Assembly (NCBI RefSeq): GCF_006345805.1
Contig: NC_043000.1
Location: forward strand, 26,970,001 to 27,034,000
Direction: 5' to 3'
Origin: Octopus sinensis
Lineage: Eukaryota
Length of the DNA stretch: 64,000 bases
Below, piece by piece: positions 13,291 through 26,855 of the stretch. Each line of letters opens with the position of its first letter. Within the stretch, counting starts at the first letter, position 1. The translations under genes and the position numbers were made by a program. The notes under the pieces are model-generated. The model made no database searches. It was not told where the DNA came from and saw only the letters and a program-made list of their open reading frames with translations.

Positions 13291-13333
13291 CATTTATAAA
13301 TTTTAAAAGTGTTCTTTGTAAAAACAAATCAGA

Positions 13334-13385
<52 letters not shown>

Positions 13386-13944
13386 GTTTTGTAAGTGTGT
13401 GCGCGTCTATGTTGATGTATACGTGGAATTAACATCTACGAGGTGTAATGCTTGGCGCTTTAATAATACATATAAAGCTACAACACACAAGTCAATATCG
13501 TCAAACGGAATGTTGTTGTACATAAATGAATCTACAACAACCGTGAATAACAAAATAATATGAAGCTTTAGAATGTTGTCTGAGAACCTGTCTACATCCG
13601 ACATAATCTAATATATCCTAAGACATAAATGAAACAATTATCTATCAATGGCGAATATTTATATTTTACATATTAAGACAGAAATTTGTACAATTTGTGT
13701 ATTAAATTAGAATTATTATGATATGTACCAAAAGTGTCCATCATTTTCCACAAGAAAAGCTGGAACAAACCAGTTCTTCTGTTCTATTGTATCTAGAATT
13801 CAGAAAGACGTGTTGACAACGGCAATAAAATTTCAATAAGTTATGTAATTATTGTGAAATTGTTCTTTATAGGCTTCAATCTTAATTGAAGTGAATATAT
13901 TTTCTTTCATTGAATGTAATTACATTTTACTTTGAGCAATGGAT

Positions 13945-13990
13945 AAGATTTGGATATATATATATATATATATCTTTGAATATCACACAA

Positions 13991-14055
<65 letters not shown>

Positions 14056-14149
14056 ACAATATATCTATCGTTGAATATCACGCAATGTATTAAATATGTT
14101 TGTGCATTTATGTGTATATATGTCTATATCTATGTCTGTCTGTTTATCA

Positions 14150-14240
<91 letters not shown>

Positions 14241-14245
14241 CATCC

Positions 14246-14311
<66 letters not shown>

Positions 14312-14350
14312 TTATCTATCTATCACGTCTCTCTTTCTCTATCTCTATCT
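13945..14350. repeat. (TA)n and long (TATC)n microsatellites
   Basis: Directly visible. Confidence 0.95.
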
Positions 14351-14792
14351 TTCCTTCTATATATGTGTGTGCGTATGTGTATATCTGGTTATATATCTGA
14401 CATACAAATGATATTTTCATGTAGATACTTCAGAGAATAATGAAACAGGTTTGTTTAATATAATATTGTACAATATTTATCGTATTCATAAACAAATTTA
14501 TATGAATTATATTTTGTAATAATTACTATAGAAAGGATTTGTCCATCACAAGTTGGTTAAAATTTCCTCATGTAGAAAATAATTTTGTAAGTCAATTTTC
14601 GAAACTTCCAATTCCTGTAATATACAGTTCTATATTTAAGAGATGAGGAATTATGTACATTATTTACTTTATTTACATTCGACGGATATATGGCGTAGTG
14701 GTTAAAAGCGCTGACTACAAACCCCAAGATTCCGAGTTCGATTCCAAGCAGTGACACGAAAAATAATAATAATAACAATAATAATAATTCTG

Positions 14793-14999
14793 TTGTGTCT
14801 GGGGAGAGTCATTTTCTTTTTGTGCCTTATAATGTAACACACTCACCGGTAAAATTTCCACTTATTTCAAGACTATTGAAAAGGTTGCAAAAGGCAACGA
14901 AAATTTTAGGAAAATAATAATATGAAATAAATGGAAATTTTACCAGTGAGTGTGTCACATTATAAGGCACAAAAAGAAAATGACTCTCCCCAGACACAA
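14793..14999. mobile_element. Palindromic MITE-like element (76-bp arms, 55-nt spacer)
   Basis: 14793-14868 is the near-perfect reverse complement of 14924-14999. Confidence 0.75.
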
Positions 15000-15068
15000 T
15001 AGCATATGCTTCAAGACACGAACTCATATAATGAATCTTGAAACCAAATCTCAAAACGAAAAAATAAA

Positions 15069-15123
<55 letters not shown>

Positions 15124-15208
15124 GTATTAGTAGTAGTAATAGTAATGATAATAATAACAACATAGAAAAATAGCATAGGAATGAGAACCCAGGTTCGAAA
15201 TTTTCCCA

Positions 15209-15256
15209 AGACACCTGAAGAAGGCTGGAGGGTATATCAGCCGAAACGTTTTGTTT
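15209..15256 (+). ncRNA. PLE-type minimal hammerhead ribozyme motif (stem I partly degenerate)
   Basis: CUGAAGA, extra A, 5-bp stem II ggcug/cagcc, GAAA, palindromic AACGUU stem III. Confidence 0.55.
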
Positions 15257-15429
15257 ACCACAAACAAGATTAGGACAAATATCCATCTAATGTAAATAAT
15301 GAAAATAATGTCCTGTAATATATTTAGTAGAAGCCGATACCATGTATATTAATTGGGTGTTGGATACATTTCAAACTACAGATAAGTGCTTTCCGAGATT
15401 AGGTTTATTAGTTTGTTTTGTTTCTCATA

Positions 15430-15880
15430 TGATACTCAGGCGTGGCCCTGTGCTAACAAGTATGCATTCTATCCACGTAGTTACGAGTTCAATCCCACTG
15501 CATGACAACTTGGTTGAGTGTTTTCTACTATGGCGTGGACCAACAGAAGCAGTGGGAATGAGTGTCGTGGACGGAGTATGGTCGACAGAAAATAAGCCTC
15601 TCATATATGTGTGCGTGTTTGTGTGTATGTGTGTGTGTGTGAGGTGTCTTTGTGTCTGTGTCCCTACCATGTGTCCCCACCAACGCTTGGAAACCAGTTT
15701 TGGCTTCTTTATATCCCTGTAACTTAGCGGTTTGGCAAATGAGATCTATATTATGAATATAGGCCAATAGAATAAGTATCAGGCTTAAGAAAACGATGAA
15801 CTAACGTCGATTCATTCAACTAAAAGTTCTTCAAAGTGGTGCTTCAGTATGGCCGCGGTATACGAACCGCAACAAATAAA
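15430..15880 (+). mobile_element. Degenerate CORE-like SINE
   Basis: Diverged match to the 15907-16302 copy (gagttcaatcccactgc; aacttagcggtttggcaaa; cagtatggccgc). Confidence 0.7.
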
Positions 15881-15906
15881 AGATAAGATATGTATGTATA
15901 TACAAA

Positions 15907-16302
15907 GGCGCAGGAGTGGCTCTGTGGTAAGTAGCTTGCTTACCAACCACGTGGTTCCGGGTTCATTCCCACTACGTGGCACCTTGGGCAAGTGTCTTCT
16001 ACTATAGCCGCGGGCCGACCAAAACTTTGTGAGTGGATTTAGTAGACGGAAACTGAAAGAAGCCCGTCGTATATATGTAAATGTACATATATATATGTGT
16101 GTGTTTGTGTGTCTGTGTTTGTCCCCGCAACATTACTTGACAACCGATACTGGTGTGTTTACATCCCCGTAACTTAGCGGTTCGGCAAAAGGGTCCGATG
16201 GAATAAGTACTAGGCTTACAAAAAATCAGTTCTAGGTTCGATTTGCTCTACTAAAGGCGGTGCTCCAGCATCGCCACAGTCAAATGGCTTAAACAAGTAA
16301 AA
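15907..16302 (+). mobile_element. CORE-like tRNA-derived SINE with internal microsatellite
   Basis: Head ggcgcaggagtggc..ggttccgggttca; CORE-like gcaccttgggcaagtgtctt; tail ggtgctccagcat..gtcaaatg. Confidence 0.9.
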
Positions 16303-17049
16303 CAATATACAACGGAATGTTATTAAGTATTAACCGATCATGTAATCCTGCGCTCATCAGAGGTTGCCGAGGTTGCCGTTATAGAATGTCTTTTGGCAAC
16401 TTGCACACGCACGCACACACACAGACATACACACACGCATAAATATGGGGCGGTTTTTGTTTTTCTCTCCCTTTACCATAGAACAGTCGTTCAACAAAAG
16501 ATAAATTATGTACAAGGGTTTAAAGTAAAAAAAAAATCTTTTTAGTTCTTTTAACTAAAATCCCTCAAGACGGTTGCCCAGCATGGCCGCAGTATAACGA
16601 ATAAGAGAAGTAAAATATATTTTCCCATGCTTGTTATATGCCTTAGAAACAGTGAAGTTTCTATATGTTATTTGCCAACGTTTCTCTCCGATTTCATATG
16701 GAAAATCCAGCCGGAACATGTAATCTAATCGTATAAACACAATTGGATACTAAATTCAGCTGAAGATTATATGTCTGTTTGGAAAGAATTAGTTGCACAC
16801 AACAATAAAATGACGAGACTGCGAAGACTATAAAATTGACGATTATGAAGTACCAGGAGAAAGAATACTTCCAACAAACTGTAAAAGACTTATACGAAAT
16901 CGTTAAAGCTAAGGATTAAGATATAATAAAACTAGAATATGTTTTCAGTGCAATCTATCTCAACAAATATTTACATATACACATACAAGCATGCATATAC
17001 GCACAAACATATATATGAATGTGTGTGTATATATATACATATATAAATG

Positions 17050-17779
17050 ACAAAATAGAATGAAAAACTACAGAAGTTTTGTATTTTATGGTTAAAAAAA
17101 TATATTAAAATCATGTTTGGAACATGATATAAAATTTTGTGTATAGTAACATTGTTTTTGGAGAAATAACCGGTTTCGAATTTTCTTTTGAACTTTCTCA
17201 AATTTCTTTTGCCACCAAAGGTACATAAGCTCCACGGGATTATCGCTGTGACGCAGATGAACTCTGCACCGACAGCAGATTCCGGATTGAGAATACAGAA
17301 TTATGCCCTTTAGTGAACGAAATAACAGATGCGCAAAACAACTGCTATCACAATTTATATTCTTTCCATTTTATCACTGTGCTTTTGGAATACCAACACA
17401 AGTTAGATTAAACAAAGAAACCAACTTCATTGAAAAATATAGACCAAAGCTTAACTATTTCTAACATTTTATTCTATCAAAATCAAATCATGTTACATTA
17501 AAGCAAACCTAATCATTTTTAATATTTTTATTATCTTCCTTATACCGAAAAATTCCCTGATTGCCTCCCCCAGTTTCGAACTTTTCTACATCACACCATA
17601 ACGAATAGATTATACATCATCGGTAAAGAAATCTGAAAAGCAAATGCGAAACCAGTTATTTCTCCAAAAACAATGTCCCTACACACAAAATTTTATATCA
17701 TTTTTCTAACATGACGATTTTGATATATTTTTGAACCATTTACTACAAATCTTCTGTAGTCTTTTCTATTCTATTTTGT
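17050..17779. mobile_element. MITE-like element with ~135-bp imperfect terminal inverted repeats
   Basis: 17050-~17185 is the reverse complement of ~17640-17779 (acaaaatagaat..actacagaag..tgatataaaattttgtgt..acattgtttttggagaaataac.ggtttcg). Confidence 0.65.
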
Positions 17780-17812
17780 GTTTTATGCTTTCACATACCA
17801 ACTCTCTCACCC

Positions 17813-17867
<55 letters not shown>

Positions 17868-17872
<5 letters not shown>

Positions 17873-18535
17873 AGTGTGTGTGTATAGTTGAAATTTACAG
17901 AAAAATAAAGGAAGACAGAGCTCGGTAACTTTCACCATTTCTTTCTTTCATACTGACAGGTAAGAAAAACGTGGTCATTTGTGATCTGCGCTGTATTTAG
18001 CTCGATGCTTCATATTTCAACTACCAAGGTATCGTGGCGTAGTTTCTTACTCTGCTTAAAAACATTCGGCAGATTAGATCCATGAATGCAAGAATTGATG
18101 CCCTTTTTCCTTTCATGAAGGCAAGAATAATAACTGCACTGTCCTCGCTTTGTGTTCCTGTCCAAGATATTTAATCCTTATATCAGTGTTACAGGGCATC
18201 GATAGTTGTTTTAATATATTTATTTTGATACATATCAAACTAGTGTCAACATTACTTTTTTTATGAATGGCATATTCGCAGGGATAGATAATATCAAAGT
18301 AAATCCTCGGCGAACATTATAACAAATGTACATTATTGAGTCTTTATAGAATATGTGGACAAGAGAGATAGAGAGAGAGGGGAGAGAGAGAGCGAGAGAG
18401 AGAGAGATGAAAAAGTAAGAGAACAAGAAAATGGCTTTTAAAATTTCTGTCTTTGTGCATATAGTTCTTCGTGAATTGATCTCTTCGTTTTGCACGAAAA
18501 TCAGAGTGAAAAATGAGTGTGTGTATATATATATA

Positions 18536-18570
<35 letters not shown>

Positions 18571-19250
18571 GTGTGTGTGTGTGCGCGCGCGCGAGTGTGT
18601 GTGTATAGTTGAAATTTACAGAAAAATAAAGGAAGACAGAGCTCGGTAACTTTCACCATTTCTTTCTTTCATACTGACAGGTAAGAAAAACGTGGTCATT
18701 TGTGATCTGCGCTGTATTTAGCTCGATGCTTCATATTTCAACTACCAAGGTATCGTGGCGTAGTTTCTTACTCTGCTTAAAAACATTCGGCAGATTAGAT
18801 CCATGAATGCAAGAATTGATGCCCTTTTTCCTTTCATGAAGGCAAGAATAATAACTGCACTGTCCTCGCTTTGTGTTCCTGTCCAAGATATTTAATCCTT
18901 ATATCAGTGTTACAGGGCATCGATAGTTGTTTTAAATATATTTATTTTGATACATATCAAACTAGTGTCAACATTACTTTTTTTATGAATGGCATATTCG
19001 CAGGGATAGATAATATCAAAGTAAATCCTCGGCGAACATTATAACAAATGTACATTATTGAGTCTTTATAGAATATGTGGACAAGAGAGATAGAGAGAGA
19101 GGGGAGAGAGAGAGCGAGAGAGAGAGAGATGAAAAAGTAAGAGAACAAGAAAATGGCTTTTAAAATTTCTGTCTTTGTGCATATAGTTCTTCGTGAATTG
19201 ATCTCTTCGTTTTGCACGAAAATCAGAGTGAAAAATGAGTGTGTGTATAT
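17868..19250. repeat. Near-identical tandem duplication, period 721-722 bp, bounded by (TA)n(TG)n tracts
   Basis: Unique parts 17886-18525 and 18607-19247 match apart from a 1-nt indel. Confidence 0.95.
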
Positions 19251-20129
19251 ATATATATATATATGTGTGTTTGTGTGTGTGTGTATGTGTGTGTATGTGT
19301 GTGTGTGTATGTACACACACACACACACATGTATATACATATATATATATATATACATATACACACTTCTTGTTCATTTCTTCTGACCTACATCGTACAC
19401 ACTTTCTTATGCATTCTATGTCTTGTACATGGCTGCATTCGTACGACATTGTTCCATGAATGTCTTTGAAAGCTAATAATACTCAAGATTTGCTGATTCA
19501 CATAAGCATAATGAGGATTTGTGGTTCTCAGCCGTAGTATTTGAATGTAAAAAAAAAACTGGGAAACATTAGTATCACTAACTATTTCATATTTCAGGAT
19601 TTTACTGGGATTTTGTTCTGTCGGGAAGTGAAGATAAAAAACTCGTGTTCATTAAATGCACATTTTGAACACAGATCACAAAATGAACAGAACTATGAAT
19701 CGTAGTACCTTCTGATGGAAGCAATATCGTTTCTGACACTACACAATGTAACTAAATCCAGATCACTCAATGGCATGATGAATTATAGTATAAATATGGC
19801 TCTGGTACTTATTAATCAGTCAAAAATCTAACTTTGGGTAAACATGAAGTAAATGTCGATGGATACAATAGTTGTCTACATATTGCATATCATCATATTT
19901 TCACTAAACATTGATTAATTTTACTGTTTCGTCGACGATTCACTAGTTATCAGTTGAAATTATTAGATATAACGAGTTCGGTATACATTTCATATCACAC
20001 TCTATGAAACAAACGTTGATAATTCTAGCTGTTTTCCTAATACTGGGGAACAGTTCATGCTGATAAATTCTTCTATTCCCTCGATAATGAATATCACACT
20101 TGTTTCCATTAAACACTGATTAATATGCA

Positions 20130-20685
<556 letters not shown>

Positions 20686-20842
20686 GGTGCAAAAGTGGTA
20701 AGAAGCTTGCTTATGAACCTAATGTTTCCGAGTTCATTCCCACTGCCTGTCACCTTCAGCAAATGTCTTCTACTATAGCCTCGGGCCGACCAAAGCCTTG
20801 TGAGTAGATTTCGTAGACGGAAACTGAAAGAAACCCGTCATA

Positions 20843-20893
<51 letters not shown>

Positions 20894-21405
20894 ATATATG
20901 TATGTGTGTGTGTTGTGTGTGTGTGTGTGTGTTGTGTGTGTATACGTATGTATATATAGGTGCAAAAGTGGTAAGAAGCTTGCTTATGAACCTAATGTTT
21001 CCGAGTTCATTCCCACTGCCTGTCACCTTCAGCAAATGTCTTCTACTATAGCCTCGGGCCGACCAAAGCCTTGTGAGTAGATTTCGTAGACGGAAACTGA
21101 AAGAAACCCGTCATATATATGTGTATATATATATATATATATATAATATATATATATATATATAAACATATATGTATGTGTGTGTGTGTGTGTGAGTGTC
21201 TTTGTGCGTCTGTGTTTGTCCCCCCCAACATCGCTTGAAAACCGATGCTGGTGTATTTTCGTCCCCGTAACTTAGCGGTTCGGCAAAAGAGGACGATAGA
21301 ATAAGTACTAGGCTTACAAAGAATAAGTCCTGAGGTCGATTTGCTCCACTAGAGGCGGTGCTTCAGCATGGCCATAGTCAAATGACTGAAACAAGTTAAA
21401 GAGAG
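20686..21405 (+). mobile_element. CORE-like SINE with 5' half tandemly duplicated (period 273 bp)
   Basis: Heads at 20686 and 20959 are essentially identical; single 3' half. Confidence 0.9.
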
Positions 21406-21423
21406 AGAGTATGTATATATATA

Positions 21424-21459
<36 letters not shown>

Positions 21460-23365
21460 GATATACATATATATATATACATATACGTATAAATGTATAT
21501 ATATATATATACACTATTCACCCCCTCCCACACATACACACATACATACGTATATATACGTGTATAAGTGTGTGTAGGTGTAATTAGGACTAATAACTGA
21601 ATGAAATATCCCAAATGATAATTTTCTCAAGAAGCCCCTGGTTGAAAAGATATTGACCTACTCATGCGCAACCTGGAACGTGAAATTTCCCTAACAATCT
21701 TCTCCCTCAACTCTACCAAATCAAACTTCTAGGTACTATTTCTACACTTAATACAACTGACCATTTTCTATATGATTTTCCTAATTTAATATACAAACAT
21801 TATGCAAAATATATACTGCTGTAAACACAGGCATGTCTGGTGTCATCTACATGGTTTACGGAACTTGCACAGCCTTGAAAACAACTTTAGAAAGTGTCTT
21901 TAAGTCTTCAACTTGTCACGTCGGCTTGCCTGGCCATTTTATTCATCGTCACCTAGCTTGTGGTGTTCTTTTTAATCCTCTGATCAACTGACGTACGCTA
22001 ATGTAAGGAAAATGTCCCACTGTCAACTGAGAAAATTCCACTCATTAACGTATAAATATTTACCTCATTTTCCAACGATTCTCCTTGTAACCGAGCTCAA
22101 ACTCAACCACCGTGCCTTCTTTTACCTGTTTTTTCATTAACAATGTGTAATTACTATCTTGCATATATGAACACCAATGTATCTATAAAATTGTGCGCAT
22201 GAGCGTGTATGCGCTAACGTATGTCTGGTTATATATCTGTATGGTGTTGTATCTGAAAATGGAGGGGTTTGGCATGTGTGATTACTTCTACAGGTCAAAT
22301 AGGTTTTATATTCTAAACCAGAATGTTGCTGAACGTGTGCTTAAATATAAATTGCTTTTTTCGGGCATCTATTCCGTTTATCTCTCCTTCTCTGCTTACC
22401 GTTTTCACCACTACCCTCTGTAAATGAGCACCTAGCGTCTCCCCTACTGGCTTAAAGCTCATTCCGCATGCATTTTGTTTCAATACTGGTGTCTTTCTAA
22501 CTTGCTGGTCCTCCACTATAGACTTCTGACTCTCTCATACTACTGATCTCTCAGCGTTTCTCATAACATTCCAAATAATGTTCTTCTTTTACATTTTACT
22601 TCCCCATATCCAAGGGGTACTACCATATTCTCTTTTTTTCTTTTTGCTACACTCTGATGAAAGGAACTGCCCCAATCATTGGATTCTTCATCTTCAAAAT
22701 AACTGAGCTTGCGGAGTTCTGTAAACTCTCTGATGGACCTGTTGTTGTGTACGAAGAATTTCCTTAGTGTCCTATCATTATATACTTTATATTTCCTTAT
22801 TAATTTATGGAGTTAATTTATATGCGTATATGAAAATGTCGTGATAATATTAAACCCATTCATATACGCATATATAAGTGTGCGTATGTACACGTACGTA
22901 TGTACATATATGCATACTTACATACATCCATACACACATGCATACAGGCATATAAACATACATGGCCTCATATGCACATTATCGAAGAGTAATGAAAAAT
23001 ATTTTCTTGCTAAATAACTACACGCACTATGCATTCGTTCTTCACTTTGGATTTATCATTGTTCTTATTTTATGTCCTTTGTCTGGAAATCCATCGTCAT
23101 TCGTCTGGAGACCTCTTCACCGAATCGCCATGCCACGTGTCTCCTCCTGTTCCGCTTAATCAATTCTGTCTTTCTATGGTGTATCCTTATCTGCGCATGC
23201 TCTTGTCAGTATCTGTGAGTGTGTGTGGATGCGTGTGCGCGTGCCTGTGTGTTGTCCATGTGTGCTTTGCATGTGAGTATATGGGTTTGCTTACTGTACT
23301 CTTAGTATCTGTATCTTTTTTACTTCCATTCTGTGTTTAGCCGACATGTTGCATAGTGTGGTATT

Positions 23366-23600
23366 GGCGGCGAGCTGGCAGAAACGTTAGCACGCCGGGC
23401 GAAATGCTTAGCGGTATTTCGTCTGCGTTACGTTCTGAGTTCGAATTCCGCCGAGGTCGACTTTGCCTTTCATCCTTTCGGGGTCGATAAATTAAGTACC
23501 AGTCACGCACTGGGGTCGATGTAATCGACTTAATACCTATGTCTGTCCTTGTTTGTCCCCTCTGTGTTTAGCCCCTTGTGGGTAATAAAGAAATAGGTAT
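23366..23600 (+). mobile_element. Nin-domain-like SINE, full length, little diverged
   Basis: ggcggcgagctggcagaaacgttagcacgccgggcg...ccccttgtgggtaataaagaaata. Confidence 0.95.
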
Positions 23601-24196
23601 TGGGTGTGTTATTGTTCTATTCGTGTTTTCTGTTGAAGCTTTGTCTGTTTATCGCTGTGTGCGTGACATCTGTAATCTATCCGCCTGTCGTGTCTGTTCT
23701 ATGTATTGATAATACCTTAACCAATATGTTATTAACCGAATATCTATGTTCTAATTCAGCATGTTCGTAGACCACTCTCGAGCTTTTCTCCTCTTTCAGT
23801 TCCCGCCAGTGTCACCTATCTCCTCCTCCTCTGCTATTTGCCGTATCTCCATTGCAAGTTATTTTTTTTCTACACTGTCCCTCACTACACCGTAAGACAA
23901 CGTAAAAAATATTTTCCCATTTTTAAAAGCATTCAGTGAGGGGAAGTGAGTATTCATGGTTACTTATAGGGCGTGTAGGACAACAGAGGGGGAAGAAAGG
24001 AGAGTATATTTAAAGGGGAAACTTCCCTCGAATACTTGTTACAGGTTGTACTCTAATAAAGACATGTAAAGCGTCAAGTGGTTGTGCTAAAAGGGGCAGG
24101 TGGATTAACTTACTAAATAGACCCTGGGATGGGGGTCTGAACTCCGGACACAAAGAACCGAAGAGCTTGTGAAAAAATTCTGGGTTGGCATTATTA

Positions 24197-24337
24197 AAAA
24201 ATAAACATCGCTCTTTTCAAGCCTAGCCAGGCTCATGGGCCCGGTTTCCCGGTTTCTGTGACCCGGTCTGGGAATCGAAACCGCGATCCTCCGACCACGA
24301 TTTCGCTGCCCTAACCACTGGGCTATTGCCTCACCAC
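24197..24337 (-). mobile_element. Short chimeric or internally deleted SINE with 14-bp TSD
   Basis: TSD ggttggcattatta at 24183-24196 and 24338-24351. The head matches the 27605-28002 family; the 3' part does not. Confidence 0.75.
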
Positions 24338-24759
24338 GGTTGGCATTATTAGAATTATAAAAATCCACTGAACTATTCTGCTAACTTTTTTCCTTGAACC
24401 AAAATGGATGAAAGACAATTTGATCTGGCTGCACAAAGGGTTCGAACAAATACTGATACCCTAACTTAGCCGCCAATAAACTTCACATTCTGAGTTCTAA
24501 TCCCACTGGGGCTGATTTTTCTGTCTTGCTCTATACACTCGATGACATAATTACCAGATAAATTCAATTGGATATAACACTCTGCAACAATTCTGCACAG
24601 AAGAAGCAAAGTAAATATTACGATAATATTTACATTGGTACCAGTGGGATGTTAGATTAAAACAAAAAGCATAAAATAAAGTGGAAATATTTGATTGCTC
24701 TCGTGTACAAGTCAAATTGAAGCTAAAATATGCACATTTACGTACATACATAGATACTC

Positions 24760-24808
24760 AAGTGTATATGTACATTCTGCACACATGTATATATATAAGA
24801 TATATATG

Positions 24809-24841
<33 letters not shown>

Positions 24842-24883
24842 CACACGTATGCATATATATATATATATACATATGTGTATATA

Positions 24884-24923
<40 letters not shown>

Positions 24924-25160
24924 GATATATATATGTATGTATATAAGTATATATATATATATAATTATATATGTGTATATATATATATTTATATATATAA
25001 ATACATGTACATATATACATACATATGTATATATACATATATACATATATATACATATCAACATATCTACATACATACATACATACATACATACATACAT
25101 ACATACATACATACATACATACATACATACATGTATATATATATATATATATACACTCAG
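24760..25160. repeat. Compound (TA)n/(TACA)n microsatellite
   Basis: Directly visible. Confidence 0.95.
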
Positions 25161-26229
25161 ACTGAGACACAGATATACATCATACGCAAATATATTAGGA
25201 GACGGAACGGAGCGCACAGGCATGAATATGTTTCTCTTAGCCGAACCGGTGTAGTGAACGATGGCTGGAAACACGTGTGTGCATATGTGTATGTGTGTCG
25301 GTATCAGTATACGTGTTTGTTTACGCACACACACACGCACACATACAAAATAAACTCAAACTCTCACAGAAACACACACGCATATGTACACGTCTATGAT
25401 CTGCATATTTGCATGTGAGTATGTCTTTCCTTAGAAATCGCACACATATACAGAAATGTGCGCGTGAGTCTATGTATGTCTATGTGTGCTTGTCTCTATG
25501 TGTGTGTGTGTATGAGTGAGGGAGCACGTGCGTGAGTCTATCATCTCCCGAATATTTGCACGCACGTTCGTCAATTATTCGTAATTGTTGTCGAAATTGA
25601 TAGCGTTCTGGGTATGTGTCTGTTAATATTTAGTCTTATAATTCACGAACACTTAAGTAATTTAATTCATAAAGCATCGTTTTACTATTCCTCTCTGCCA
25701 ATATGAATGATTCACAAGTTACTGTTTGTCGTGACCCTATCTATAAATTCAAGATCGTTGGTTCCAATTTGCTAAGCTTCGCCATTTTACATTGGTTCTG
25801 CATTTCTGATTCTTGTTCCGTACTATTTTCTCGGTATACCATTACCATACGTGGTCACAGTATGTAAAACTTCACAAATAATTACGTTTCGCTTACTTCA
25901 TTCGATGGCTGTGTTTAATCAGATATCTCAGGTTTATGATATTACTAATAGCCATAATGTATATGTCTCTGTGGTGAATATGTGCACGCGCGCGAGTATG
26001 TAGGGGTGTGTGCGTTTAATGGTTGTGAATGTATGAGTGTGCGTCTATGCGTGTGTGTGTGTGTGGTTTTATTTTTATGTAAGTGTATTTGACACTGTAA
26101 ACGTACACATATGTGTCATATCTATTCTTAATATCGATCGCACTTTTATATAATGTTCGAATTCCTAATTTAATAGTTTTTCCCTCTAAGTGTTTAGATC
26201 TCTTTGTCTCTCTTCTGTTCTGTCGTCCT

Positions 26230-26232
<3 letters not shown>

Positions 26233-26300
<68 letters not shown>

Positions 26301-26404
26301 CATATATATATGTATATATATACATACGTACATTTATGCCCACATATGCATACATCATCAGGCACATATATAAACATATACATATACATATATATGTGTG
26401 CACG

Positions 26405-26462
<58 letters not shown>
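26233..26462. repeat. (CT)n(TA)n(TG)n compound microsatellite
   Basis: Directly visible. Confidence 0.95.
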
Positions 26463-26466
<4 letters not shown>

Positions 26467-26494
26467 CTTTTACATATCTCAATGCTTAGTGTGC

Positions 26495-26658
26495 TAGTAC
26501 TTACTCTTTTCAGTCTGTCAGTTTCCTTTTGTCGAAACGCTAGGTTCGGGGGTAGTAACAAACTAACACCCTTAACAAGCTAACACCGGTTGTCACGCGG
26601 TGTGTTCTGGGCAAACACAAACGCAGTAACACATATAGATATATACATATACATACAT

Positions 26659-26696
<38 letters not shown>

Positions 26697-26855
26697 TTTA
26701 GGACGGGCTTATTTTAGTTTACGCCAATCAAATACACTCGCAAAGTTTTGGTCAACTTGCGGCTATAGTAGACGTCTCTAGACCAAGGTAACGCGCAGTG
26801 AGATTGAACCTAGAGCCATTTGGTTAAACACCAAACTAATTAACACATAGCCACA
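26495..26855 (-). mobile_element. Degenerate CORE-like SINE
   Basis: Reverse match: gacgggctt..cagttt, ggctatagtaga, accaagg, gattgaacc. Confidence 0.6.

Larger units (their letters stand above)
14680..15305 (+). mobile_element. tRNA-headed element with (AAT)n body and 3' hammerhead-like motif, interrupted by a palindromic insert
   Basis: A-box tggcgtagtgg and B-box gagttcgattcc, then (AAT)n on both sides of the insert, then gacac-CTGAAGA-a-ggctg..cagcc-GAAAC-gtt. Confidence 0.6.

Noticed and set aside
14680-14755. tRNA gene (also the heads at ~27930-28000 and 15907)
   Set aside because: A/B boxes are present, but I saw no convincing complete cloverleaf and the sequence runs into SINE bodies.
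16340-16780. CTGATGA (minus, ~16354) and CTGAAGA (~16759)
   Set aside because: No valid stem II plus GAAA arrangement.
19598-19670. WD40-like peptide FVLSGSEDKKL after a strong acceptor
   Set aside because: A stop follows within a few codons and there is no good donor; probably chance.
22640-22780. CTGATGA at 22652 as a hammerhead
   Set aside because: No GAAA or stem III in a suitable position.
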